Positions 19,390 through 27,994 of a DNA stretch of 53,575 nt are shown in pieces. The notes under the pieces were generated by a model. That model made no database searches, was not told the DNA's origin, and worked only from the letters and a program-made list of their open reading frames with translations. The translations under genes and the position numbers were made by a program. The stretch comes from Gemmatimonadota bacterium. GTDB lineage: Bacteria > Gemmatimonadota > Gemmatimonadetes > Gemmatimonadales > JACORV01. Numbering within the stretch: position 1 is the stretch's first letter; each line of letters begins with the position of its first letter. The stretch covers positions 1 through 53,575 of the forward strand of contig JACQVG010000117.1 of the NCBI GenBank assembly GCA_016209905.1. Direction: 5' to 3'.

Positions 19390-19898
19390 CGGACCGGACC
19401 GGCCCCCGGTCCCAGACACCCTTCGTGGCTGCGGCTGTCCGCGGCGCGATCCTGCTGGGCGCGGCGCTGCTCGGAGCCGCGTGCTATCGCGGCGGGCCGC
19501 CCGCCGCCGCACGCCCCGAGGCGACGCCCGCGACCGCCCCCGGCCCGTCACTGTACGAGCGCCTCGGCGGCCGGGACGCGATCCGCGCCGTCGTCGCGGA
19601 TTTCCACGCCCGCATCCTTGCCGACACCCGGATCAATGCCTTCTTCCGCGGCGCGGACGACGAGCGGTTGGCGACGCTGCTGGTGGAGCAGATCTGCGAG
19701 GTGACGGGAGGCCCGTGCCGGTACAGTGGCCGCTCGATGCGCGAGACCCACGCCGGGATGCACGTCACCGACGCGCAGTTCGACGCGCTGGTCGAGGACC
19801 TTGCGGCCTCGCTGCGCCGGTTCGGCGTGGGCGAGCGGGAGAAGACCGAGCTGCTGACGCTGCTGGGCGGCTTGCGTCGGGAGATCGTGGGCCGCTGA
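19386..19898 (+). CDS. group I truncated hemoglobin (trHbN-like) with N-terminal signal/anchor sequence
   Basis: ORF 19386..19898 starting at GTG, in a GTGA overlap with the upstream stop. Globin core LYERLGGRDAIRAVVADFHARILADTRINAFF...GGPCRYSGRSMRETHAGM. The N-terminus FVAAAVRGAILLGAALLGAAC is hydrophobic. Confidence 0.8.
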   Translation: MTDRTGPRSQTPFVAAAVRGAILLGAALLGAACYRGGPPAAARPEATPATAPGPSLYERLGGRDAIRAVVADFHARILADTRINAFFRGADDERLATLLVEQICEVTGGPCRYSGRSMRETHAGMHVTDAQFDALVEDLAASLRRFGVGEREKTELLTLLGGLRREIVGR

Positions 19899-19908
19899 GC
19901 GAGCGCCG

Positions 19909-20463
19909 CTACAGCCGCGGCAACGTCACGCCGGCCTGTTTCTGGTATTTCCCGCGCTTGTCCGCGTACGAGACCTGGGGCGCTTCGTCGCCCTCGAAGA
20001 AGAGCACCTGCGCGATCCCCTCGTTGGCGTACACCCGCGCCGGCAGGGGTGTGGTGTTGGAGATCTCCAGCGTCACGTAGCCCTCCCACTCGGGCTCGAA
20101 CGGGGTGACGTTGGTGATGATCCCGCAGCGCGCATAGGTGGACTTTCCCACGCAAATCGTCAACACGTTCCGCGGGATCCGGAAGTACTCCACCGACCGG
20201 GCCAGCACGAACGAGTTGGGCGGCACCAGGCAGATGTCCCCTTCGTACTCGATGAACGACGCGGGATCGAACGCCTTCGGGTCCACGACGGCCGACAGGG
20301 CGTTGGTGAAGATCCGGAACTCCCGCGCCACGCGCATGTCGTAGCCGTAGCTCGAGAGGCCGTAAGAGACCACCCCGTCGCGGACCTGCTCGTCGGCGAA
20401 GGGTTCGATCATCCGATGCTCGCGGGCCATGCGGCGTATCCACCGGTCGGCCTTGATGCTCAT
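19909..20463 (-). CDS. dcd: dCTP deaminase
   Basis: Lies within ORF 19909..20664 (-). ATG at 20463 ([13 protein letters not shown]) is preceded by a GGTGAGGA SD. Motifs SSYGYDMRV and [11 protein letters not shown]. It is the only minus-strand gene. Confidence 0.93.
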   Translation of the reverse strand: MSIKADRWIRRMAREHRMIEPFADEQVRDGVVSYGLSSYGYDMRVAREFRIFTNALSAVVDPKAFDPASFIEYEGDICLVPPNSFVLARSVEYFRIPRNVLTICVGKSTYARCGIITNVTPFEPEWEGYVTLEISNTTPLPARVYANEGIAQVLFFEGDEAPQVSYADKRGKYQKQAGVTLPRL

Positions 20464-20505
20464 CGTGTCCTCACCCCAAAAGGTCGCGCAATATATACGG
20501 TTTTC

Positions 20506-20534
20506 TTGAAATCCGATTCGGCGGCGGCTATGTT
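20506..20534 (+). promoter_or_regulatory. sigma70-like promoter for the nuo operon (-35 TTGAAA, 17 nt spacer, -10 TATGTT)
   Basis: TTGAAA at 20506-20511 and TATGTT at 20529-20534, in the only clearly AT-rich stretch of the window (the dcd/nuoA divergent region). The predicted leader of about 45 nt contains the GCGGCG-GA-CGCCGC hairpin (20544-20557) and GGAG before ATG 20584. Confidence 0.5.
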
Positions 20535-20583
20535 TTTCTTGGTGCGGCGGACGCCGCGCCGACCGATAGGCAGGCCGGAGAAG

Positions 20584-20958
20584 ATGCTGCAATCCTACGT
20601 GCCGCTGGCCCTGTTGATCGCTTTCGTCGTCCTCAACGCCGCCATCATGGTCGCGGTGTCGCACCTCCTGTCGGCGTCCCGGCCGACCCCCGTCAAAGAG
20701 AGGCCCTACGAATCGGGGATGCCGCCCCTCGGCTCGGCTCGGGAGCGCTTCGACGTGAAGTTCTACCTCGTGGCCGTGCTGTTCATCGTCTTCGACATCG
20801 AGGTGGTCTTCATGCTGCCCTGGGGCGTGGCGTTCCGTCAGCTCGACCTCCTCGGGCTCGGGATGCTGGGCGGGCTCATCGAGATGGGCGTCTTCGTGGT
20901 GATCCTCGCCGTCGGCTACGTGTACGTCTGGAAGAGGGGAGCGCTGCAGTGGTCGTGA
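20584..20958 (+). CDS. nuoA: NADH-quinone oxidoreductase subunit A
   Basis: Lies within ORF 20416..20958. ATG 20584 is preceded by GGAG. Motifs [24 protein letters not shown] and LPW. Confidence 0.93.
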   Translation: MLQSYVPLALLIAFVVLNAAIMVAVSHLLSASRPTPVKERPYESGMPPLGSARERFDVKFYLVAVLFIVFDIEVVFMLPWGVAFRQLDLLGLGMLGGLIEMGVFVVILAVGYVYVWKRGALQWS

Positions 20959-21581
20959 TGCCGGAGCCGAGCGAAGCGACGGGGCGGGGAGGCCGGAGCG
21001 GGCTCGTCGTCTCGTCTCCCAACTGGCTCACGACGCGGCTGGACTATCTGGTCAACTGGTCGCGCGCCAACTCGCTGTGGCCGATGGCCTTCGGGACGGC
21101 CTGCTGCGCGATCGAGTTCATGGCCACGGCCGCGAGCCGCTTCGACCTGTCCCGGTTCGGCATGGAGCGGATGGCCTTCTCGCCGCGCCAGGCGGACGTG
21201 CTGATCTGCGCGGGCCGGCTGCCGTTCAAGCTCGCGCCGGTGATCCGCACGGTGTGGGACCAGATGACGCAGCCCAAGTGGTGCATCTCGATGGGCGCTT
21301 GCGCATCCTCGGGCGGGATCTTCGACAACTACGCGATGGTCCAGGGGATCGACACCGTCGTCCCGGTGGACGTCTACGTTCCCGGTTGCCCGCCGCGGCC
21401 CGAAGGGCTGCTCTACGGCATCCTCCTCCTCCAGAAGAAGATCAAGGGCGAGACGGTCTTCGATCCCGCGCTGCGCGTGGAGAAGCTCACCGACAGCCGG
21501 GGGCTCTTCCTCGAGCCGGGGATCGTGGACGAACTCTCCGAGCCGTTCGGCAACTCCGTTCACCAGACGCGCTCGGCCTGA
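20958..21581 (+). CDS. nuoB: NADH-quinone oxidoreductase subunit B
   Basis: ORF 20949..21581. ATG 20958 overlaps the nuoA TGA. N2 cluster motifs [18 protein letters not shown] and VPGCPPRPE. Confidence 0.95.
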   Translation: MPEPSEATGRGGRSGLVVSSPNWLTTRLDYLVNWSRANSLWPMAFGTACCAIEFMATAASRFDLSRFGMERMAFSPRQADVLICAGRLPFKLAPVIRTVWDQMTQPKWCISMGACASSGGIFDNYAMVQGIDTVVPVDVYVPGCPPRPEGLLYGILLLQKKIKGETVFDPALRVEKLTDSRGLFLEPGIVDELSEPFGNSVHQTRSA

Positions 21582-21587
21582 CGCCCG

Positions 21588-23495
21588 GTGACGGACGACT
21601 CCCCCAACCCCTCGGTTGGCGCGCTGCGAGTGCAGTTCGGCGCGGCCGTCCGACGCGCGGCGGTGACGTGCGGCGAGACGATCGTTTACGTGGCGCGGGA
21701 GCGCGCCCGCGACATCCTCGCCTGGCTGAAAGACGCCCCGACCGAGCGCTACGACTACCTCGCCGACGTGACCGCCGTCGAGTACCGGGACCGCGAGCGT
21801 CCGATCGAGCTCGTGTATCAGCTGTGGTCCCTCGACCGCAAGGAGCTGCTGCGCGTGAAAGTGGAGCTGCCCCAGGACGAGCCGCTGGAGGTGGACTCGG
21901 TGGTGGACCTCTGGCAAGGCGCGAACTGGCTCGAGCGGGAGGTCTACGACATGTTCGGCATCACCTTCCGCGGACACCCCGACCTCCGGCGCATCTTGAT
22001 GTGGGAGACGTACTCGGAGGGGCATCCGCTGCGCAAGGATTTTCCGCTCCGCGGCCGGTTCAGCCGATCCGAGCAGGTGCGCCAGGCGCTCTCGGGCGAG
22101 CTGGACGCCCACTACTCGATGGAAGAGCTGTCCATCGCCGACGCGTACACCACCTTGCCGGCAGACATGCGGGAGCGGCTGCGCGGGCGGCCGGCCGCAC
22201 AGCCCGGGAGCGCCCCACCGCGCACCGTCGCCTTCGACCTCTTCACACCCGGTCCGGACGCGGCGGGGCGGGCGACCGGGGTCCCGCTCGGCGTTTCAGC
22301 CGCCCTCGAGGACGCCGAGCCGGCGCTGCGGACCGACCACATGCTGCTCAACGTCGGCCCGCAACATCCCGCGACCCACGGCGTGCTACGCCTGGTCGTC
22401 GAGCTCGACGGGGAAGTCGTCGTCCGGGTCATTCCCCACATCGGCTACCTGCATTCCGGCTTCGAGAAGCTCGGCGAGTACCGGCACTACAACCAGATCA
22501 TCACGCTGACCGACCGCACCGACTACCTCTCGGCGATGTCGAACAACGTCGCCCTGGCGCTCGCGGCCGAAAAGCTGATGGGCATCACGATCACCGAGCG
22601 ATGCGTGGTACTCCGCGTCATCGCCTGCGAGATGAGCCGGATCGTCTCACACTTGGTCTGGGCGGGCACCACCGCGATCGACATCGGCGCTTTCACCGTC
22701 TTCCTGTGGATGTTCCAGGAGCGGGAGCGGATCTACAACCTCGTCGAGGCGTGGACCGGCGCCCGTCTGACGACCTCGCTCACCCGCGTGGGCGGGCTCA
22801 TGGCCGACATCCCCGAGGGCTGGGCGGAGGAGCTCCGGCGCTGGTGCCAGCGCTTCCCGAAAACGCTGGATGAGGTCGAGACCATGCTGTCCCGCAACGG
22901 CATCTGGCTCGGCCGCACCCAGGATGTCGGCGTCATCTCGGGCGCGGAGGCGATCAACTACTCGCTCTCCGGCCCCATGCTTCGCGCCAGCGGGGTCGCC
23001 TACGACGTGCGGAAGGACCGCCCCTATCTTGGCTACGAGTCGTACGACTTCGACGTCCCCGTCGGCGAGCATGGCGACGTGTACGACCGCTACCTGGTGC
23101 GCATGGAGGAGATGCGGCAGTCGGCCCGCATCATCCTGCAGGCGCTCGACCGCCTGCCGGACGGGCCGATCAACGTCAGCGACCCGCGAGTCGTGCTGCC
23201 GCCGAAGTCACGGGCCATGGCGGACATGGAAGCCATGATCTTCCACTTCAAGCAAGTCATGGAAGGGGTCCCCGCGCCCGTCGGCGAGACCTACTTCGCG
23301 GTCGAGAACCCGCGCGGCGAACTGGGCACCTACCTGGTCTCGGACGGGACCGCGAAGCCGGTGCGATGGCGCATCCGCCCGCCGAGCTTCATCAACCTCG
23401 CCGCGCTCCCCAGGATGGCCGAGGGGCACCTCCTCTCGGACCTGATCGCCATCAACGCCAGTGTGGACGTGGTCATGGGCGAGGTGGACCGATGA
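21588..23495 (+). CDS. nuoCD: NADH-quinone oxidoreductase fused subunit C/D
   Basis: ORF 21588..23495, 635 aa. The N-terminal half is NuoC-like (WQGANWLEREVYDMFGITFRGHPDLRRIL). After a linker of roughly 70 aa it is NuoD-like (MLLNVGPQHPATHGVLRL...GYLHSGFEKL...GEVDR). Confidence 0.93.
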   Translation: MTDDSPNPSVGALRVQFGAAVRRAAVTCGETIVYVARERARDILAWLKDAPTERYDYLADVTAVEYRDRERPIELVYQLWSLDRKELLRVKVELPQDEPLEVDSVVDLWQGANWLEREVYDMFGITFRGHPDLRRILMWETYSEGHPLRKDFPLRGRFSRSEQVRQALSGELDAHYSMEELSIADAYTTLPADMRERLRGRPAAQPGSAPPRTVAFDLFTPGPDAAGRATGVPLGVSAALEDAEPALRTDHMLLNVGPQHPATHGVLRLVVELDGEVVVRVIPHIGYLHSGFEKLGEYRHYNQIITLTDRTDYLSAMSNNVALALAAEKLMGITITERCVVLRVIACEMSRIVSHLVWAGTTAIDIGAFTVFLWMFQERERIYNLVEAWTGARLTTSLTRVGGLMADIPEGWAEELRRWCQRFPKTLDEVETMLSRNGIWLGRTQDVGVISGAEAINYSLSGPMLRASGVAYDVRKDRPYLGYESYDFDVPVGEHGDVYDRYLVRMEEMRQSARIILQALDRLPDGPINVSDPRVVLPPKSRAMADMEAMIFHFKQVMEGVPAPVGETYFAVENPRGELGTYLVSDGTAKPVRWRIRPPSFINLAALPRMAEGHLLSDLIAINASVDVVMGEVDR

Positions 23496-24013
23496 GCCAG
23501 ACGACCGGCGCAGGCGCCGTAGCCGGCGCCGAGAGCCTGCCACCGGTGTTCGACGAGGCCGGACGCCGCGAGCTGGACGCCGTTGTGGCGCGCTACCCCA
23601 CCAAGGCGGCCGCGCTTCTGCCCGCGCTGTGGATGGTGCAGCGCAAGCACGGCTGGGTGTCGCCTCAGGGCATGGCCGAGGTCGCCGAGGCCCTGGCTCT
23701 CACCCCGGCCTACGTCAAGGGCGTCGTCACCTTCTACAGCATGTACCACCAGCACCCCGTCGGAACGCACTTCGTGCAGTTGTGCACGACGACGCCGTGC
23801 AACGTCTGCGGCGCCGAGAAGGTGGCGGAGGCCTTCCTCCGGGCCACGGGAGCGAAGCGGCTCGGCGAGACGAGCCCCGATGGGGCGTGGACCGTCGTGG
23901 AAGTCGAGTGCCTCGGCGCCTGCGGCTTCGCGACGCCGGTCCTCCTCGACGACGATTTCATCGAGAGCGTGACGCCGGAGTCGGTGCCGGCGATCGTCGC
24001 CCGGTACCGGTAG
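23492..24013 (+). CDS. nuoE: NADH-quinone oxidoreductase subunit E
   Basis: Lies within ORF 23366..24013. ATG 23492 forms an ATGA overlap. 2Fe-2S motif: VQLCTTTPCNVCGAEKV and VECLGACG. Confidence 0.93.
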   Translation: MSQTTGAGAVAGAESLPPVFDEAGRRELDAVVARYPTKAAALLPALWMVQRKHGWVSPQGMAEVAEALALTPAYVKGVVTFYSMYHQHPVGTHFVQLCTTTPCNVCGAEKVAEAFLRATGAKRLGETSPDGAWTVVEVECLGACGFATPVLLDDDFIESVTPESVPAIVARYR

Positions 24014-24017
24014 CGCC

Positions 24018-25319
24018 ATGGGGTATCCGCATCCGACGCACCCCAAGGAGACGCCGGTCCTGAGCCGGCATTTCGGCGACAGCGACGCCAGGAGCTTCGA
24101 CGGCTGGAAGAGGCGCGGGGGCTACGCGTCGCTCGAGAAGGCGCTCGGCATGAGCCGCGAGCAGGTGACCGAGGAAGTGAAGACGTCGGGCCTGCGCGGC
24201 CGCGGCGGAGCCGGCTTTCCGTGCGGCCTCAAGTGGACATTCATGCCGAAGCAGCGCACCCAGCCGCACTACCTGTGTGTCAACGCGGACGAGTCGGAGC
24301 CGGGCACCTTCAAGGACCGCGAGATCATGCGCTGGACGCCGCACGCCGTGATCGAGGGAGCGGCGATCGCGGCCTACGCGATCCAGGCCGAGCAGACCTA
24401 CGTCTACATCCGGGGCGAGTTCACCGAGGCCATCGCGATCATGCAGCAGGCCTTGGACGAGGCCTACATCAAGGGCGTGCTCGGGATCAACGCGATGGGC
24501 AAGGGCGTCCGAATCGACATGACGATCCACCGCGGCGCCGGGGCGTACATCTGCGGTGAAGAAACGGCCCTCATGAACTCGATCGAGGGCAAGCGTGGCA
24601 ACCCGCGAATTCGGCCGCCCTTCCCGGCGGCGTCCGGCCTCTTCGGGTGCCCGACGACCATCAACAACGTCGAGACGCTGGCCGCCGTGCCCCCGATCAT
24701 CGAGCAGGGCGGCGCGTGGTACCGCGCGATCTGCCTCTCCAATCCGAACAGCACGGGGACCAAGCTCTTCTCCGTCTGCGGCACCGTCCGCTCGCCGGGC
24801 ACCTACGAAGTGGCGATGGGCTTTCCTCTTAAGGATCTGGTCCACGACCTCGCCGGTGGGATGCGCCCCGGCCGACGGCTCAAGGCGGTGATCCCCGGCG
24901 GCTCCTCGGTGCCGATTCTCACCGCCGACGAGGCCGAGGCGACGCTCCTGGACTACGAGGGCTGCGTCGCGCGGGGCACGATGCTCGGCTCCGGCGGCGT
25001 GATCGTCATGGACGACTCGGTGGACATGGTGTACCAGATCATGCGCCTGGCGCGGTTCTACGCCCACGAGTCGTGCGCGCAGTGCACCCAGTGCCGTGAA
25101 GGCACCGCGTGGACCACCAAGATCCTGCAGCGCATCCTGCACGGACAGGGGAAGCTCGAAGACCTCGACCTCCTGCTCGACCTCTCCGAGCAGATGACCG
25201 GCACGACGATCTGCGTGCTCTCCGACTCGTGCGCCGCCCCCGTGGTGAGCGGCATCCGGAAGTTCCGCGACGAGTTCGAGGCCTACATCGACAGTGGCCG
25301 CGCCGTCGCGCAGGTATGA
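24018..25319 (+). CDS. nuoF: NADH-quinone oxidoreductase subunit F
   Basis: ORF 24018..25319. Motifs GLRGRGGAGFPCGLKW (FMN), YICGEETALMNSIEG and ESCAQCTQCREG (N3 cluster). Confidence 0.96.
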   Translation: MGYPHPTHPKETPVLSRHFGDSDARSFDGWKRRGGYASLEKALGMSREQVTEEVKTSGLRGRGGAGFPCGLKWTFMPKQRTQPHYLCVNADESEPGTFKDREIMRWTPHAVIEGAAIAAYAIQAEQTYVYIRGEFTEAIAIMQQALDEAYIKGVLGINAMGKGVRIDMTIHRGAGAYICGEETALMNSIEGKRGNPRIRPPFPAASGLFGCPTTINNVETLAAVPPIIEQGGAWYRAICLSNPNSTGTKLFSVCGTVRSPGTYEVAMGFPLKDLVHDLAGGMRPGRRLKAVIPGGSSVPILTADEAEATLLDYEGCVARGTMLGSGGVIVMDDSVDMVYQIMRLARFYAHESCAQCTQCREGTAWTTKILQRILHGQGKLEDLDLLLDLSEQMTGTTICVLSDSCAAPVVSGIRKFRDEFEAYIDSGRAVAQV

Positions 25320-26767
25320 GCGACCTGGTCAGGCTGACGATCGAGGGCCGGCCGGTGGAGGCGCCCGCCGGCACCTCCGTCCTCGAGGCGGCCAAGCTAG
25401 CCGGCGTGCTCGTCCCCCACTACTGCTATCACCCGTCGCTGCCGGTGGCGGGCGTCTGCCGGATGTGCCTCGTCGAGGTGGAGAAGAGCCCCAAGCTGGC
25501 CGCCTCGTGCGCGACTCCGGTGGCCGAGGGCATGGTCGTCCACGTCGAGAGCCCGCAGGCCAAGGCGGCACGCCGAGCGGTGCTGGAGTTCCTCCTCATC
25601 AACCACCCGCTGGATTGCCCGATCTGCGATCAGGCGGGAGAATGCGAGCTCCAGGATTACGTCTACCAGGAGGGACGGGCGACGACGCGCTTTGCGGACT
25701 ACGCCAAGCGCTTCAATCCCGTGGAGGACTTCGGGCCAGACATCCTGTACGTTCCGAACCGCTGCATCCTCTGCACCCGCTGCGTTCGGTTCATGGAGCA
25801 CCTTGCGGAACACCCCGTGCTGAATGTGTCCGAGCGAGGTGATCGGGCCTACATCGGGATTTTCGAGGGGGCGGCCCTCGACCACGGCTGGGCCGGAAAC
25901 GTCGTGGACCTCTGCCCGGTCGGCTCGCTCGTCTCGAAGGACTTCCTCCACAAAGCGCGTGCCTGGGACCTGGACAAGACGCCCTCGATCTGCCCGGGGT
26001 GCACGCAGGGCTGCAACGTCACGATCGAGACGCGAGACAACCAGGTGTTGCGCGTGCGCCCCCGGCCCAATCCCGACCTGAACCGCCATTTCATGTGCGA
26101 CTACGGCCGCCTCGGCTACGGGTGGCTCAACCGCACCGACCGCATTGAGGCGCCGCTCGTCCGCGACGGGTCGCGGCTCGTCCCCGTGGACTGGGATCGC
26201 GCTCTGGGCAGGGCGCTCGACCTCGTGCGCGGCGCCCGGGGGCCGTGTGTGGCGCTGGTGTCGCCCGGGGCATCGTGCGAGGCGCTGGAACGGGTGGCAC
26301 AGCTGGTCGGCGCGGGCGGCGGCGCCGGCGCGTTCCGGGTGGCAAAGGGCGACGAGATCCCGCTCCCCGGCGTGCCCGACCTCGCCCTCCGCACGGAACG
26401 CGCCCCCAACGTCGCCGGCGCCCTCGCCGCCGGCTTCACCCGCGACTGGGACGGCGCGGCGGCGCGCGCCCGGTCGGCGGCGCTGGTCCTGGTGCTCGAC
26501 GAGCCGCTGCACGGACTCGGCGCGGCCCAGGCCTGGGGGCCGATGATCTACATCGGCACCGTCCTCCCGGATGAGGCCCGCGGTGCGGCGGCGGTCGTCC
26601 TGCCGTCCGCGACGATGGCAGAAGAGGACGGAACCTTCCGCAACATCGGCGGGCGCATCCAGCCGTACCACCAGGCCAGGGCCGCGCCGGGCATGGCCCG
26701 CCCGGCCGCATGGATCCTGGAGGAGATCCTCGACGCGCTGGGCGTTGGCGTGGGAGCGCAGGCGTGA
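25316..26767 (+). CDS. nuoG: NADH-quinone oxidoreductase subunit G (short form, 483 aa)
   Basis: Lies within ORF 25109..26767. ATG 25316 forms an ATGA overlap. Cluster motifs CYHPSL..GVCRMCLVEV, HPLDCPICDQAGECELQD, RCILCTRCVRF, CPVGSL and CPGCTQGCN. The C-terminal molybdopterin-like region is short. Confidence 0.9.
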   Translation: MSDLVRLTIEGRPVEAPAGTSVLEAAKLAGVLVPHYCYHPSLPVAGVCRMCLVEVEKSPKLAASCATPVAEGMVVHVESPQAKAARRAVLEFLLINHPLDCPICDQAGECELQDYVYQEGRATTRFADYAKRFNPVEDFGPDILYVPNRCILCTRCVRFMEHLAEHPVLNVSERGDRAYIGIFEGAALDHGWAGNVVDLCPVGSLVSKDFLHKARAWDLDKTPSICPGCTQGCNVTIETRDNQVLRVRPRPNPDLNRHFMCDYGRLGYGWLNRTDRIEAPLVRDGSRLVPVDWDRALGRALDLVRGARGPCVALVSPGASCEALERVAQLVGAGGGAGAFRVAKGDEIPLPGVPDLALRTERAPNVAGALAAGFTRDWDGAAARARSAALVLVLDEPLHGLGAAQAWGPMIYIGTVLPDEARGAAAVVLPSATMAEEDGTFRNIGGRIQPYHQARAAPGMARPAAWILEEILDALGVGVGAQA

Positions 26768-27993
26768 CGCCGATCTCCGGCGCGGCATTCGCCTGGGCGG
26801 CGGTGGTCAAGATCCCGCTGGTCTTCGCGGGCCTCCTGGTGCTCATCGCCTTCTGGACGCTGGTCGAGCGACGGGTCGCCGGGTTCATCCAGAACCGCCT
26901 CGGCCCCAACCGCGTGGGGCCCGCCGGACTGCTCCAGCCCGTCGCCGACGGCCTGAAGAACATGTTCAAGGAAGAGACGCTGCCTCCGTTCGCCGACAGG
27001 TTCCTGTTCCTGCTGGCACCGCTGATGGCCTTCGTCCCCGCGCTGATCACGTTCGCGATCGTTCCGGTCGCGGCGCCGCTGCCGACGCGCTGGGGGCTGG
27101 TGGGCACGGCGATCGCGGACCTTCCCGTCGGATTCCTGTACATCCTGGCGATCAGCTCCCTCGGCGTGTACGGCTTCACGCTGGCCGGCTGGGCGTCGAA
27201 CAACAAGTACTCGCTGCTGGGCGGCCTCCGCGCGTCCGCCCAGATGATCTCCTACGAAGTCTCGATGGGCCTCTCCGCGGTGGCGGTCCTCGTGCTCGCG
27301 GGCAGCATCACCCTGGGCGAGATCGTGCAGCGGCAGCAGCAGAGCACCTGGTTCGTCATCCCGCTCTTCTTCGCGTTCTGCCTCTTCCTCGTCGCCGCGT
27401 TCGCCGAGACGAACCGGCTGCCGTTCGACCTTCCCGAGGCGGAGGCGGAGCTCATCGCCGGCTACCACACCGAGTACTCGGCCATGAAGTTCTCGATGTT
27501 CTACCTCGCCGAGTACTCCAACATGGTGACGGCGTCGGCCCTCATGGCGTCGCTCTTCTTCGGCGGGTGGGACATCCCCTTCACGGCCTGGGACGACTCC
27601 GCCCCGTGGTCGTTCGCCAAGACGGCGGCGACCTTCGTGTCGTTTTGGACGAAGACGCTCGCCTTCATGTTCGCGTACATCTGGGTGCGGTGGACGCTGC
27701 CGCGGTTCCGGTTCGACCAGCTGATGGACCTCGGCTGGAAGGTGATGCTGCCGATCGCGCTCGCGTACGTGATGGTGATCGGCGTCGCCGTCTGGGCGTT
27801 GGAGGCGCTGGGCCTCCCCTTCGGGACGCGCTACGCGTTGGCGCTGGGTGCGCTCAACTTGGTGGCAGCGGTCGCGCTGTTCTGGGGCCTCGACCGCCGG
27901 CGCTTGATCGGCGGGGCCGGCGCGCGCGCCCGCGGACCATGGCGCGCCCCGGCGGCCGCGGCCGCCGCGGCCCGCACCGGCGGGGCGGACTGA
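26764..27993 (+). CDS. nuoH: NADH-quinone oxidoreductase subunit H
   Basis: Lies within ORF 26710..27993. GTG 26764 forms a GTGA overlap. Motifs LVERRVAGFIQNRLGPNRVGP, AETNRLPFDLPEAEAEL and RWTLPRFRFDQLM. Has an Ala/Arg/Gly-rich C-terminal tail. Confidence 0.93.
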   Translation: MTPISGAAFAWAAVVKIPLVFAGLLVLIAFWTLVERRVAGFIQNRLGPNRVGPAGLLQPVADGLKNMFKEETLPPFADRFLFLLAPLMAFVPALITFAIVPVAAPLPTRWGLVGTAIADLPVGFLYILAISSLGVYGFTLAGWASNNKYSLLGGLRASAQMISYEVSMGLSAVAVLVLAGSITLGEIVQRQQQSTWFVIPLFFAFCLFLVAAFAETNRLPFDLPEAEAELIAGYHTEYSAMKFSMFYLAEYSNMVTASALMASLFFGGWDIPFTAWDDSAPWSFAKTAATFVSFWTKTLAFMFAYIWVRWTLPRFRFDQLMDLGWKVMLPIALAYVMVIGVAVWALEALGLPFGTRYALALGALNLVAAVALFWGLDRRRLIGGAGARARGPWRAPAAAAAAARTGGAD

Positions 27994-27994
27994 G

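Noticed and set aside
19899-19908. A bidirectional terminator between the convergent globin and dcd genes.
   Set aside because: Only 10 nt separate the two stops, and I could not build a convincing stem-loop from the flanking sequence.
20490-20518. A full sigma70 promoter for dcd on the minus strand.
   Set aside because: A good -10 (TATATT, 20495-20490) exists. No acceptable -35 lies 16-18 nt upstream (AATCGG, ATCGGA, GAATCG) and there is no extended -10 TG. It is mentioned only within the divergent-region finding.
20530-20583. ATG 20530 as an alternative, leaderless start for nuoA (in frame, adding [18 protein letters not shown]).
   Set aside because: It lies inside the candidate -10 hexamer. 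The added peptide is not NuoA-like. ATG 20584 has a GGAG SD at the right distance.
25316-26767. The short nuoG as a pseudogene or truncated gene.
   Set aside because: The reading frame is uninterrupted and all Fe-S motifs are present. Both ends are precisely coupled to nuoF and nuoH by 4-nt overlaps.
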